Assembly (NCBI RefSeq): GCF_009914755.1
Contig: NC_060930.1
Length of the DNA: 64,000 nt
Origin: the human T2T-CHM13v2.0 reference genome, Homo sapiens
Reading direction: 5' to 3' (one strand)
The notes below the pieces were generated by a model. That model had not been told where the DNA came from and searched no databases. It saw nothing but the letters and a program-made list of their open reading frames with translations. This document shows positions 39,116 through 57,163 of the stretch, one piece after another. The translations under genes were made by a program, and so were the position numbers. Position 1 is the first letter of the stretch. Each line of letters opens with the position of its first letter.

Positions 39116-40593
39116 CTAAGGTAACAAGGGTAAACAAACGCAAATTATTATATAATTGATTGTAGAAAACACAGATTTGGTGTCCAAACAGACAGAAATG
39201 GTAATTATTTCTCCAGTTTTTGTTTTTTAGTTATCACTTTCCTACTTTTTACTTAAAGGGCAGTACAATTCTCTTAAATCCGAAGAGCCACAGTGCTTCA
39301 CAGAGATATCCTGTCTAAACTAATCCCATCCCCCTAAAGGAAAAATATGGACAAAATGAACAAAAATTCATGTGTAAATTTTCATATAAAAAGAGAAACA
39401 CTGCTGTTAAACAAGTTCACACTGCACTTACACCAAATTTGTTTTTACCCACTCATGTTTTTGTCTTCGTAGGATTTTTGGAATACCCTATAGAATTTTA
39501 TATTAAAGAAAATGCACAGTGATAAAGGTGTTAGAATATATTAACTCATGATGCATTGAGTTGCAAAGGTTTTTGTAACATAAAATTTATTGATGTTTAC
39601 AGTCTTTATTATAAAGGTTTTAGTCAACAAATCATGCTGCTCAGAATGTATAGGCTCAACTTGACTCATAAAATTAATGATCCAAAAATCTCATTCTTTT
39701 AGTATCATATTTTATCTATCTTTTATACTTTTATCTATATTTTATTTATCTATCTATCTCTGGGAGACTACCAAGACTAGAGGCAATTATTTCTCCCCAG
39801 ATATTTACTTTTATCTTTTGTTTTCATTGTCTTTGGATTATGAACAGATATGAATTCAAACATCTGACTTTTACAAAAACTTATTTGAATTTTCAGCTTA
39901 TAAAACAGCCTCCCTGCTCTAAAGCCAGTACTCAGACATTAAAAAACTAACTGAAATCACCACAGAGCTTCTGCTATTATGCCTGACTGTAAAACATTAA
40001 ACATTAAAAATAAAACTCATTTTTTTGGATTTTTTTCCCTTGTGGATTTATCTGCTTTGTAACTAGACTAGTCTAACTAACACCCTGGGTTTCAGGGTTC
40101 CCTCTCTGCTTCCCTTATTCTTTGTCCTCTTCTCATTCTCTCTCTCCTCCATCAGGACTCAAATGCATGAGTTTTACAAGTTTCATTATCTACTACCACA
40201 ATCAAAATAAATAAAACCTCAAAGGAGTAATTTCTAAACAGTAAAAAGTATAGACTAGCCTCTCATAAAGATATTACTTAATTGCATTAATACTTCAAAG
40301 AAGGCCCTTTTAACCAGATCTGTACCACCCACAATATGACTGAAATAATCAGGAGACTTGGCCCATTCATGGGATTCAAAGGAGGCCTCTAAGATGCCTT
40401 ATAGCTTTAGTTCTTTGGGGATTCCCACTAATATCAGGACAGTATCTTATGGGCATCTGAAACATTACATATATACTTCAAAGCAGTTAAATAAAACACC
40501 TACTGACCAAAGTTAATATATTTATAATGAAAACATTGGTCTCAGTAAGTCAAATTGCTATGCACGAGAGACAGGTTATTAGGTAATACTCAC

Positions 40594-40793
40594 CTGCACC
40601 TGCTGCCTTTGTGTGTTTAGCATATTTGGGTCAATTGACAAGGGCCCAAGAACACTGACCATAAGTTCTTTTTCCACAAGCCACTGTTTCAATTGGGCCT
40701 CTACAGTCTGGAACTGGGTTAGATTATTGGAGGATTCTTCCAGTTTTTGTTGTCTATCAATTGTTAATTGATTGAGTTCTTGCCACTTAGAAT
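40594..40793 (-). CDS. DST: DST exon, 200 nt, phase 1-0 ([18 protein letters not shown]...RQQVQ)
   Basis: tttcttttag|AT acceptor, CAG|gtgagt donor. Confidence 0.96.
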
Positions 40794-41199
40794 CTAAAAG
40801 AAAAAAAATGAAACTGGTGTTTGACATTTTTTGCATTTAACATGACTATGTCTATGAGGACTGTATGGTATGATTTAAAATGATATATAATGGCTATAAT
40901 CCCATTTTTATGACTCTTGTTACATAGTTACTTAAAGGACTAACCTACGATTTTATAGGTCTGATGGTTGTATGTCAACTAAAGTATAGGGAAAAAATTT
41001 TGAATCTGACTTTAGAAGATATCGTAGAATATCGAATATTCATTAAAGCAGACAGCATTCTGGGATCTCTCATTCCTTCTATAAGTCCTATAGAGTGTGT
41101 TATTAAACTATGACTTACTAGAACAATGAACAATAATCCTTTTAATATCAAATCTTCACTTATCCGTTCTAGGCAAATTGCTCCCAAATTTGTATATCT

Positions 41200-42310
41200 A
41201 TCCCCAATTATTCTTTCCCATTCAAATTACACATTAACAACCAGCTGCTGGAAAGTTCCCGTAGGAAGTCTCACCAATTAAACTCAACATTAAAAAATAA
41301 AACTCATTATATTCCTCTCAAAACTGGTGGACTTTTAAGACTTTTAGATTTCTTTCAAAGGTTATCTTTTCTCCCATGTCATAAAGATGCAATAATTCAG
41401 AAAATTCTTTTATGAGCTTCCTAACTCTATTATACCCTCGATCATAAAACCTTAAAGCCCTCCTTTACATTCTCAATGCCATAACTCCATTTTGGCCTTC
41501 ATCATGTGTTTTTTAAAATTATTTGTATTTTTTACATTGATATATAGTAGATATGTATTTTTAGAGTGCATGTGATAATTTAACACAATCCATCCAGGTG
41601 ATGAGCTAACATCATCATGTTTTACCTTGACCAGTAGTTCTCACACTTCAGCTGCATTAAGAATCACCTGGAGGCATCTTTAACAGAGATTTCTGGGCTC
41701 TACCCTGAGTTTTTGATTCAGTAGGTCTGGAGTAGTATCTGAAATTCTGCATTTCTAAATAATTCCCAGATGATGCTGTTGCTGCTGATCCCAGGAGCAC
41801 ACTTGGAGAACTAATGACCTAGTCTAGCAGTCTTCTAACTAGTATCCCTGCTATTAATGTTTCTCAGCTGCAAGCCACTTGTTTCTAATACAATTTCCCT
41901 AAAAAAAATGTCACTTTTAAAACTGTCACTTCACTGCTCAAATCCTTCAATAACTAACTCCTCGTTACCTAGACGATAAAATCTGAAGACCATTGCCTGA
42001 CATTCAAGGCCTCCCACAATCTTTGAAGGTTTGTACTCTGAGACGATCCTCTAATCTATCCCTGCTGATTTCATCCTTATAATCCAAACAGGCTTTTGCT
42101 CACACAGGTCCTGTGCCTGAGATGCTATACCTCCTCTCTATATATCCCAACCCTATCCTTCCTTTACATTCCATTGGATTTACCCTCTGCTAGGAAGCCT
42201 TTTCTGTTTTCTCCATCCTCAAGACAGTATGCTCCCTGCAGTCAAGGGTTACTGATCAGAGCACTTCTTTCAGCACTTCAACACAGTCACTCGATAAATA
42301 TTCATTGATG
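41200..42310 (+). mobile_element. L2 LINE fragments, interrupted by MER5A and a short L1 piece
   Basis: ctcaccaattaaactcaacat...; cactgctcaaatccttcaataact...cctgacattcaaggcctcccacaatct. Confidence 0.55.
41631..41822. mobile_element. MER5A hAT-Charlie element
   Basis: cagtagttctcacacttcagctgcattaagaatcacctggag...gattcagtaggtctgg...ctgcatttctaa...cacacttggagaac. Confidence 0.8.
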
Positions 42311-43568
42311 GTGTGATCACTTGACTTGAGAGAGTTTTCATTTAGCATAACACACTAAAGGGATGACTTTAATAGAACACAATCACTGAAACCTTACCTA
42401 ATAACATCATTCTACATGACATTTTCCAGTCAAACACAATCTGGCAACAATATAATGCCATTAAAGCAATAAATCAGGAAGGAAAAATAGAAAAACTCAT
42501 CCAGAAGGTTTTTTGAACTACATATTCCTCATTCCCACTCCTATTCTAAAATGTCTTGCTAATACTCTCCCCAAGTAATTCTGAGATCCTAGAAGAGAGT
42601 CACTGAATGAGTGTCAAATTAATTACAACTTGACAGGAATCTCTATAGTTGGATTAAATATATCTTTGAACATGAAGATCCCTTAGGGTAACCTTTTTCA
42701 AACTAAAATATACTTAGAGATTTCTACATTTATCATAGCATACCTGACTCTAAAGGAAGGACAATATTTAGTAATGGAACCATTGAAAGTAAAATAATTA
42801 TTATAATCATAGTATATACTTATATAGCACTTGATATGTGCCAGGTACTATTTGTTTGAGCCATATACACATTAACTTATTGGGTTCTCCAAATGAAACT
42901 ATGAAGTGGGGAAAATTATTACCGTTCTCTTACACTCATTTTCTTTTTTTCTACCCCCTTTACACTCATTTTCTACATCATTATAGTAATAAAAATTGGT
43001 AAGACAATAGGGCTTGTAAAGAAAATTCTGTACCTCCGAGGAGCAGTGTATACTCCTCTGTTTACACAGGGACAGGATGTGGGTAGGAGGATAACTTTGG
43101 ATGAAAAAATTGATTGGGGAAGAGCATAAGAGCATAAAGTATGGAGCAGGAGGGGTCCCAGAAGTAACTCCATGAAGGAGAAGGGAGCACAGCTTTTCCA
43201 GATGAATGAAAGAAATATTTACAATATAATACAGCTTAAAAATATATAAAGCATAATAAAGCACCAAAAGCTAGGAAAAAGAAACATTAATGAAAACAGG
43301 TACTCCATGCACAGCACTTCATTAACGAGTATCTACCTTCTTCATAAAAATAGATTTAATTACTGTGTTTACCATAAAAAACATAAGATATGCCAATTTT
43401 CTGCACAATATAATTTGAAATGACACTTTATGCAAAAAATAGATTCTGAAACATTAAAGCAAATCCAAAAATAAGTGACTGTTGAATGTTTTCTGATAAA
43501 GATCATGATAAACATGAAAAATGATTGCACTTTTCTTCATAGGCATTCATCTAAGTAACGCAACATAC

Positions 43569-43698
43569 CTATTTCTGTCAACATCTGTTTCCATCTGGGG
43601 GCCTCAGGAGTATCTGGGTTCTCCTCCAACAGCTCTGTCAATTTGTCTTTCAACTCCTGTACTTTGTTTACATTCTGCTTCAGTTCTGCCTCAAACGA
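43569..43698 (-). CDS. DST: DST exon, 130 nt, phase 0-1 ([16 protein letters not shown]...WKQMLTEI)
   Basis: ccttgttag|TCG acceptor, TAG|gtatgt donor. Confidence 0.94.
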
Positions 43699-44582
43699 CT
43701 AACAAGGGAAAAATAATAATAAATCATGTGTACAGCAAAAGACAAAAATACAATAATGATAGAGCATTATTTTTCTCTAGAATAATGAAAAGAGGAAAAA
43801 ATCTACTGTTAAATGTTGTGGTGGGTGAGGGCCTGGATTTTGCAATTATTTTCCTTTCCTCTTCTTAGCTAGTGTTCAATTGTGTGATACAGGAATCCCC
43901 ACAGAGGAACACTATGACTATGAAGATAATGACTCTTGTCCCCATTAGTGAGAAAGAATTTCATATATTCAAACAAGCCACTCTGGAATAAAGCAAGATG
44001 ATATCAGTAAAATTATAATAAATAAGAAAATCAGTCTTAATAAAGGCTGCCAGAAGTGGAGAATCTACATGTGAATAAACACTTTTTTTGGGCAACACAT
44101 TATAGAATTCAAATGTAGGTTGGTAATTTGTAGAAATCTTGCCATCACTGCTACCATATAAAGCCATTTTCCCAACCTTGGCAGCTGTAGAAAGAAATAC
44201 CCTCTATTAAAGAAAAGGAAGGTATTAGCTACCCTATTTTTATACTACAGAGAACAGATCCTTCATACATTTAGCCCTTAAATAAATCTTTTCCAGTAGT
44301 TGACTGGTTAACATCCTAGACTTAAACTGATTTAAAGGTGGCAAAGTGGCTTACACCCAACAGTTTGCTAACCTATGACATGGCTGTGCCAAAAATTTAA
44401 AAAAAAGTAACTATTATTATCAATCTTTATAGAAAGGCACATTAAACAAAACTGTCAATTATGTGCTAAAGGTTACAGAGCTAGAAAAGAAAACAGAGCA
44501 GAGCTTCTGACTACCAGAGCTCCGTTCCAACTGCTAATCCATTCTCTTTCATGTCTTCCATAGGTGCACCCACAGAATATAC

Positions 44583-44824
44583 CTTATTCTGCTCAACTTG
44601 AGTCTTCACAGCTTCAGTATCTGTAGGTGCAGGTGTCTGCTGCCATTTTGTTGCAGTTTTGTTCATTTTCTGTAACCACTGCATCATTGCACTTGATTCT
44701 TCCTGAGCCTTTTGCAATTTGGAGAGTTTAGTGTTCAGTTCCGCTATTTTGTCCTTGAGTAAGAGGCCAAGATCTTCATAACCATGACTTATGTCAGTCA
44801 TGTCCTTTTTAATGGATGTTAAAC
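44583..44824 (-). CDS. DST: DST exon, 242 nt, phase 1-0 ([16 protein letters not shown]...QVEQNK)
   Basis: ctcctag|GT acceptor, AAG|gtatat donor. Confidence 0.94.
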
Positions 44825-45412
44825 CTAGGAGTAAGAAAAACAACTATACTGACACATTTTCAGGACATTTGGAGCAGAGGTCTAGAAATAAAAGTTTGTT
44901 TTACATGGTATTTTGTCACTTCTAGCTTGTCATTATTAAGCCTAGTAGATAAAGTCATAAGCTTTTCAGAAATAAAAGTTTGGATCATCTTATAATGCTA
45001 TTTAGTCACAAATAATTCAAGAAAATTGCATAACAAGTGAAATAAAAAAGACATTTTAAATGTAACAAAAAACAAACCACAAAATGTTACTTAGCAATAT
45101 CTCAAGCACCAAACTCAATAAATTAGGTCAAATAACGTTATCCCAAGTGACAAAATATCTCAAATTAACCAAAAAGAAAGCAACAAAACCAAGTGTCAAA
45201 CTGAACAACTTGATTTTACTTATTTCAGATACACAAAACTGCAAAAAATGTTATATAAATATAATTTTTATGGAGATTGTGACTATTAGATTAAATACCA
45301 TTGTAATTCAGGCTTGAAATTTCAATATAACTACTGTTTGCCTCTAAGATTTTCTCTTATTAAAAAAACATCAAATTACATTAATCAGTAACAAATTAAA
45401 ATTAATACTCAC

Positions 45413-45475
45413 CTTTATTTGCCCAAAATTCCTCAGTATTTGTGGCTGTTCCTTCACCATTTAATACTGCTCCAC
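45413..45475 (-). CDS. DST: DST 63-nt symmetric exon, phase 1-1 (GGAVLNGEGTATNTEEFWANK)
   Basis: tttttgcag|GT acceptor, AAG|gtgagt donor, open frame. Confidence 0.88.
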
Positions 45476-45844
45476 CTGCAAAAATAGTAACACTAAAATA
45501 ATCACAGTTTCATAGTATTTCTATACATTAACAGTAGATGGCATTAAATCAAACCCCATCAACAGTAATCACACATAAAACACTGACTCAACTTCAAAAT
45601 CAAATGAAGGTCCAAAATGTAAATATCAAACAATATCCTCTCTTCTATGTAAAATTTATTCTTAAAGTATTGTCTTAAACACTACCATTTCAGTATGTTT
45701 ATATTATATAAATTAATCATTAAATATTAATTCATAAAAATTTTTGTGAAGTTGCTTTGTGTTTTATCCAATAAATTCCTTTATTCTAGGAAGAATCATA
45801 TTTATTAAATTGTATTTTAGAGCAGTAAGTGGAGCTTTAGTTTT

Positions 45845-49940
<4,096 letters not shown>

Positions 49941-50199
49941 ACTTTACTGTTAAAATTATCTTAATGATAAAGGTCCTGAAGCTCAGAAGGTGCTCAGTAT
50001 ATAAGTGTGTTGAACAATGCATACATGACTGACAAAAGAGCATCTGCCTTACTTAAAGATTGAAAATTGTCTGGTGCAGTTACATGGTGTTATCATGGGC
50101 TTAATGGAGGCAGAATAATTTTTTTAAATACATAAAAAAGAAGTTGAAAGTGAAAAAGAAAATAAATCGATTATTAAACTCATATTACGTCAACACTAA

Positions 50200-50400
50200 G
50201 AGAGAGCATGGTGGTTAGGAGTACCTAGGTCTTGCTGTATAACTTACCTAAATTTAAGCCCCAGCCTCACTAATTACTAGCCAGGTGACTGGACAAATCA
50301 ATCAGCCAAACTGATGGGAATAATAATACCTAACTGTGGGAACCAAACACCACTGTGGGAACCAAAGGTCCATTGCTTAGCAAGTAGAAACTAGTCAGTA
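50200..50400 (+). mobile_element. MIR SINE, degenerate
   Basis: gcatggtggttaggagta...cagcctcactaattactagccaggtgactggacaaatc. Confidence 0.5.
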
Positions 50401-51744
50401 AGCAGTAAACTAACAGTTCACTTTTATTACATAACAATCTAGCATTGGTACTTTTTCATAATCAGAATATTAAAATATCAGTTAGACTTTCTCATACTAG
50501 TATCTATCGGCTATGTATCCAAAACACAAAGACATTTCTCAGATCAAAAACATAATAACAAGTCTAAACAGAAACATTAAAATATCTGAATCTTAACTTT
50601 GTCCCTTTAAAAAAAATTAAACATGATGGGATTTCAGATGGAAGTGAAAATATCCTGTAGATGCTCACTACTAATTCCTACCATGCTTGGTAGTTACCAA
50701 GAGTAAAAAAAAAAAAAAAAAAAATCCCAAAGCAACAGCAACAACAACAAAAAAAACACTTGATATTTATGGCAAATATAAAGGGGACATGAAGAGCTAA
50801 AATAAATAAAGCACAGTAGAATTCCTCTTCTTAAAAAAAAAACAACAAAACTTCACACTTCAGGAAATCTGATTAGAAGAAAAAGGAGAAATCATCACAC
50901 CATTATAATATGGGTAGTCCCTGAAATAGGATTAATAGAGTGGAATAAATGGTTGGCTGAGAAGGGCCCAGCTGGAACATCAGTATCACAATAGGGACAG
51001 CTGGGGGCTGGTCAGACTAGATACCCCACAGAGGATACTCAGAACTCTCAGAAAAAAGATATCAGAGCTGCCTTCTGCCCATTATTTTTTTAAAAAAACT
51101 TGTTACTGTATGTTTCAAACTAAAAACTATACCCATAACTTGCTTAAATTAATTTTAGAATCAATATTTACACATGAATCTCCCATTTTATTGAGAAAGG
51201 TGGCTCAACCATGACTTAGATTGCGATACAGATATGCCGGCTCACATACTGCATAATTGTTTTCTTTGGGAATGATGTACAGAATAAAATACGCAGGAAT
51301 AAAATAACAGAGTGCCCACGCTATAGAAAAGGGCCTATTTCCTTCCCTCACTTCTTTCCCAGCTGCCCAGACTCATTTCTTTATCAAATATTATAATTAA
51401 ATATTTTAAATAGAATTTCAATATCTCCATTTAATTAAGGTAAAAAGCAAACAAATTTGAATATGATCTGTTCCCTTCCCCAATATAACATTCCTTATTC
51501 TTACATATTAATTTAGCTACATTTTAAATACAGTCTAATAAAATAAAACATAAGAAGGATTTGAAATTTGATTAGTACAGATACATTCCCAGCACAGTGT
51601 GCTTACAGATGCCATGTTTCTTGTCACTTTCACTTTGTATTTCTGAGGTTATTTTATGCATTAATTTAAAAAATAACATACACAAAATTGACATGAGTAA
51701 ACCTGATTCTTAGTTTTTGCCATAAATGTAAATAAAGCTCATAC

Positions 51745-51871
51745 CTGATTTAACTGCTGCTATTGCCTTTGCAGGGGTGGTCACAGCACTTATTAAGTTA
51801 CATAGTGAGATCCCACTGTTGTTTACTTTCTGAATCTCTGGTGTTTTTAAACTCCACTTTTCTTGTAATTT
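51745..51871 (-). CDS. DST: DST exon, 127 nt, phase 0-1 ([18 protein letters not shown]...AIAAVKS)
   Basis: tatctcaag|AAA acceptor, CAG|gtatga donor. Confidence 0.92.
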
Positions 51872-52316
51872 CTTGAGATATAAAAACACATTATTTTTCC
51901 ATCTTAATATTTTCAGAGTTGCACATTATAATTCAGTTTCTTAAACATATCTTAAAGTAGTAATAATTGTAGACCCTGATTTGTGAGGGAGTCGATGAAA
52001 GAAAAAGGCACCTATTTGTTCCCACAGCCCAGGTGACTGTTATCTCAGTTAACGGTTGGGTATGTATGGCCCATTCTGCCTTCAAAGGTTTCAGAAGTGG
52101 CAAGTAAAATCCTAGCCAAAGTGGGAGTCAGGCTATTCCTGGCTGCTATGGGTTCCAAAATAACTGTCAACTGTAAGTCTGTAAAACTGTACTAGGTAAG
52201 AGACCAGTCACAAATAAAAGGTACTAGGAACAATAAAAATAAATAGGAATTCAGAACTTCATTTTACAGCATATTTTAATCCTAAAAATTTCAATTACTT
52301 TTAAAAACACACACAC

Positions 52317-52692
<376 letters not shown>

Positions 52693-53131
52693 TCAGAAGA
52701 CAAAAGACTTGTGCACTATTTATGCAGGAGATTCAAATAACTTCTCTTTCCAAATACTCTTTATAGTAATATATACAAGCTAGAGTAAAATGCTGAGTGA
52801 AGAGGATGTTTTGCTTAATATTATGAGAAGTGGTATAAAAAATTACTGAAACTAAGTAGAGATTTGGTAGGAAAGGAAACTTGATTACTAGAATAGTCAG
52901 CAACTCATTAATTCACCTTTTTTTAAAAAAGCAAATCCACTGAAAATTTATGTCCTTTTCCAAAAGAATTAGTTAAGCCCCATGCCATGATTTCCAAAGG
53001 TCAACAAAATATACAGTACATATATGAGGATAAAACTTAGATGATATTAGATCAAAGAAAACTACCATTAGTCTTTTAATCTTTCATTATTGACACAAAT
53101 GGAAATTTAGTATTAGATAACAATGATTCAC

Positions 53132-53288
53132 CTTAGTGTCTTCCAAAGATTTTCCTAAATCCTCTGCACCAAAAGAAGGCTGTACAATGGGAACTTTTTT
53201 TGTTGTTTCTTTTATCCATGACTTCAATGATTTAACAAGAACTTGGAAAGCATCCAACTGTTCTTGACAAGAAGTTACAGCTTCTTTT
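53132..53288 (-). CDS. DST: DST exon, 157 nt, phase 2-0 ([14 protein letters not shown]...SLEDTK)
   Basis: ttatgtag|A acceptor, AAG|gtgaat donor. Confidence 0.95.
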
Positions 53289-53447
53289 CTACATAACAAA
53301 AATCATACAAGAATTTAAGTCACAGAAAGAAGAATAAATAAATTATTATTCTCATGTCACACAATGTTAAGAAACCATCTTCCATGTACTCTAACCCTTT
53401 GATACAGGAGGAAAGGTTTCATAGGTGACAACTGAAATCAGCTAAAT

Positions 53448-53960
53448 CAGTAGTCCCCAGCCTTTCAGGTACCAGGGACCAGTTTCGTAGAAGATAATTT
53501 TTTCCACAGGCCAGGGAGGGGGGATGGTTTTGGGATGATTAAATGCATTACATTTATTGTGTGCTTTATTTCTATTATATTTACATTGTAATATATATTA
53601 AAATAATTATGCAACTCGCCATAATGTAGAATCAATGGGAGCCTGAGCTTGTTTTCCTGAAACTAGGCAGTCCCATCTGGGGGTGATGGGAGATGGTGGC
53701 AGATCATCAGGCATTAGATTCTCATAAGGAGCATGCACCCTAGATCCCTTGCATGCAGTTCACAATAGGGTTCCTGGTCCTATGAGAATCTAATGCCTCT
53801 GACGATCTGACAGGAGGCAGAGCTCAGGCAGCAACGTGAGAGATGGAGAGCAGCTGTAAATACAGATGAAGCTTTGCTGCCACCACTCACCTCCTACTGT
53901 GCAGCCCAGTTCATAATAGGCCATAGACCAGTAGATACCTCAGGGGTTAGGGGACCCCTG
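53448..53960 (+). mobile_element. MER1A hAT-Charlie DNA transposon
   Basis: cagtagtccccagcc...ggggacccctg termini; perfect 8-bp TSD agctaaat (53440-53447, 53961-53968). Confidence 0.9.
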
Positions 53961-55375
53961 AGCTAAATAACTGTTGGTCTATTTTTCAGGCAAGGTTCAT
54001 TGATAAAGATAGGAGTATTCAAGAAATCTGTAGCCCATATGTAATGGCACTCTCTATAATGCTACATAAACTCTAAGAATACACAAACAGTTTGAACATT
54101 ATTTACATTCAATGAGCTTTGATCTGTCCCCTTTATGTGATGCTGAATGCCGGCAGGCACAGAACCAGAAGGGAAAGGTTGACAATCACTGACATGAGGA
54201 AAACATAATGCCACCTACTGGTTTCTACACTATACTACAGTCACGTTTATGGATGGATAAACTGCTGCAGGTAGTCCAGATTCAAGTCTCCCAAAATGAG
54301 TTGAAACCTAGTGACTAGAGAATTTTCATGTGTGCCTCCCCTACAGAGACTCAGGAAACTCCCTGGTGAACTGTATGGGTCGTTCTGTATGCTCTGCACC
54401 ACGGAGGCAGTGCACATGCCCAGCACATGAACAACTGTGAGGACAGTTACATCTGGCATGTGGATGACACGTACATATATGCAAGCGTGCAGAATACTGG
54501 CAGATAAGAATGCACTGCAGCTGGACTAATACTGATAACTACATTATTTTAAAGTTGGACCCATTTGAAAGAAGAAACAACCTAGAGATCACCTAAGAAA
54601 ACCAAGAACATTTCTTCTACGCAATGTGAATTAAATACCATATGACAGGATGGAACATATAGCTCTGTGAGAAGTAAAGGCAGCACTCAAACATTTTAGG
54701 TAGAGAATTCTGAAGAAATAAAGAACAGTAGTTGGAAGAGAAATGACTTTTCTATGTTCTGAGGCTTTTCTACATAAACTTTAGCAAAATCCGATGTATA
54801 TTCTAAACTAACGTGAGATCAGAAACACAAAAGCTCAATCACAAGGCCCTGTACAGCTTTTTAGCTCAACTTAGGTTCATTCACTTGTTTCTAATAGTGT
54901 TTTTTCACAGGTTCATATCTCATCTACTGCTCTTTAAAAAGTAAACTATTATATTAAAAAGGCCATATTGAAATTGCACATCGTTTCTGAGTTGAGCTCA
55001 GAAAGCAAAGAACCACGAGCTGTTGTTCAAGGTTATTTCTGCCTTTGCAAATAAAAATGTGATATTTGCCCTAGGCTTCAGAGACTACAGCAAGTTTAGA
55101 TCATTTTCAGTAATATACCACCGCCATCGTTTTTCTTATGCAACATTTTCCACTTTTATGTAAGAAGTATTGAATTTTCCTTCTAAATGTTAAACCAAAT
55201 AATGCAGTTAACTTTAATAGCAAAAAATGATCAAAATATAAAAACATCTATAAAGTAGCCCTATGCTTATTCTCAAGTTTTCAAAATTGTTTCAGTTATC
55301 TATATAAGTAAATACAAGTATCTCACTCTAATTAATATAAATAGAATAAAATATAATTTTTAAAGTGGTACTTAC

Positions 55376-55542
55376 TTTTCTTTGATGGTATCCTCCATTT
55401 CCTTGAATTTCTTTGACAAATTATTTGTTTTTTCAAGGACCAAAGCCTTATCACTTGGTAAGCCATGGCTGGATATCTCCTTCAAGAGACTATGCAAAAC
55501 TTCAAGATGTTTCTTGTGTTCTAAAAATTCAGAAGTTGATTC
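55376..55542 (-). CDS. DST: DST exon, 167 nt, phase 0-2 ([16 protein letters not shown]...EDTIKE)
   Basis: ctttgtag|GAA acceptor, AAA|gtaagt donor. Confidence 0.94.
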
Positions 55543-56022
55543 CTACAAAGCATTAAGATATTCAGTCAATATAAATGTTGCTAGATCTTCAAATGGCATT
55601 CCATCCAGAGGTCTGTGCGGGATCAGAATGGCTCTATTCATAATTTCACATAAGAATGAGTCTGCCTATGGCCAGTATTCTAAATATAATAAACATGCAT
55701 ATAGGCTATTTGAAAGGGAACACAGTAAACCTTATTTAATTTAAAATGCATTCTATATTTTGTCTCTTTGTGGCTTCTGGTACGTAAGATGATACTTATA
55801 CTACCTATGATACATGTGATAAATGATATTTATTTCCAATCAATCAGCAAAGGCTTCAAGGAAAAGATAAGGTTTGAAATTCTTAAAGGAGTAAAACATA
55901 GATCTTTACTAATCTATAAGCAATTAAAATGATTGCCAATTATAATTCTGGCACTAAGTATATGAGTTTGCCCTAACTATTAATCTATCTGATTAGCCTC
56001 CTGAGTAGTAAGGGAGGCATAC

Positions 56023-56340
56023 CTGCATATACTGAGACAATTCAGTAACATCTTTTCCTGGCACATCTACTTCAGTAAGAGCCTGAGTTTTTGTTTCTAA
56101 AAATGTCTGGAGCTTTTCTGAGAGGTTCTCAAACAGTTCTACTTTGGTTTTTAGCTCCTCCATTTTGGCAAGAGTTTCTTTGTGTTTATGACTTGCTTCT
56201 GAAAACCGAGCAGACAAGTCTTTCATTTTGGCTTGCAGTGAGGATGCAGTGGATGGATCTGTTGTTTCCATAAATTTCTTCACTTTTTCATTCATGGCAT
56301 TTATACTGCTCTGACGACCTGCAATATCCTGTTCCAACAT
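56023..56340 (-). CDS. DST: DST exon, 318 nt, phase 0-0 ([12 protein letters not shown]...ELSQYMQ)
   Basis: ttattttag|ATG acceptor, CAG|gtatgc donor. Confidence 0.96.
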
Positions 56341-56954
56341 CTAAAATAAACCAAATATTGCATATCTTTTATTATGATGCTTATAAATAATGTGACAGAA
56401 TTTTTTTAAATGACTATTCCTAACAACATAAGCTTGCACAACCTGTGCCTAGGAAGGTTAACAGTTGAAACTGAATGACAAGTTTGGTCTGTCCCTTGAG
56501 GAATGCCATCTTAAATCTCTCTGAGAGAGTGAAGAACAGCTGGCTAGTTGGTCGAAAGAGGCAGGAGGCTGCTGCTACTCAGCAACCCCTAGAATCTAAT
56601 GGAGCCTGGGGATTAGCCATGGTCCTAATTCTTAAAAGACTAGACAAGACTGATCTGATTAACCTCATGTGCAGCTGGCTGAAACAATGATAAACAAGAT
56701 AAGACTCAATGTATGCATAAGCCCTCTATAATGAATAATATTCAAGAAAAAGTACACAAAGTCCTTCCTACACTTCTTCACAGATAAACCATTTTACACA
56801 CTTGATTTTGTGCAAGCATTACTTTCCACACTCATATTCAGTAAATGTCTCTTTTTTGTGTCCTTAAGTTTATCTTAAATCTAACTACACTTTGAGCTTA
56901 TAAAACTGTTTTTTTAAAAAACTGAAAATGGGACTTTTTTTTAAAGTCACTTAC

Positions 56955-57163
56955 AATGTTTTTACTGATAATATCCTGAAGAGCAGTAGAGTTTAAAGGC
57001 ACTTGACCTTGTTCTTTCAGAGAACTTTCCACATTTCCCATCCAGTCCAGCATTTCATCCAAGCCATCCTGCACACTCAGTGAACGGGTCAAGGTTATCT
57101 GGAGTTTTTCATTTCGTTCATTAACAGACTTGGACAGATCCTCATATCTCCCAACAATGTCAT
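56955..57163 (-). CDS. DST: DST exon, 209 nt, phase 1-0 ([14 protein letters not shown]...DIISKNI)
   Basis: ggagtag|AT acceptor (weak pyrimidine tract), ATT|gtaagt donor. Confidence 0.92.
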
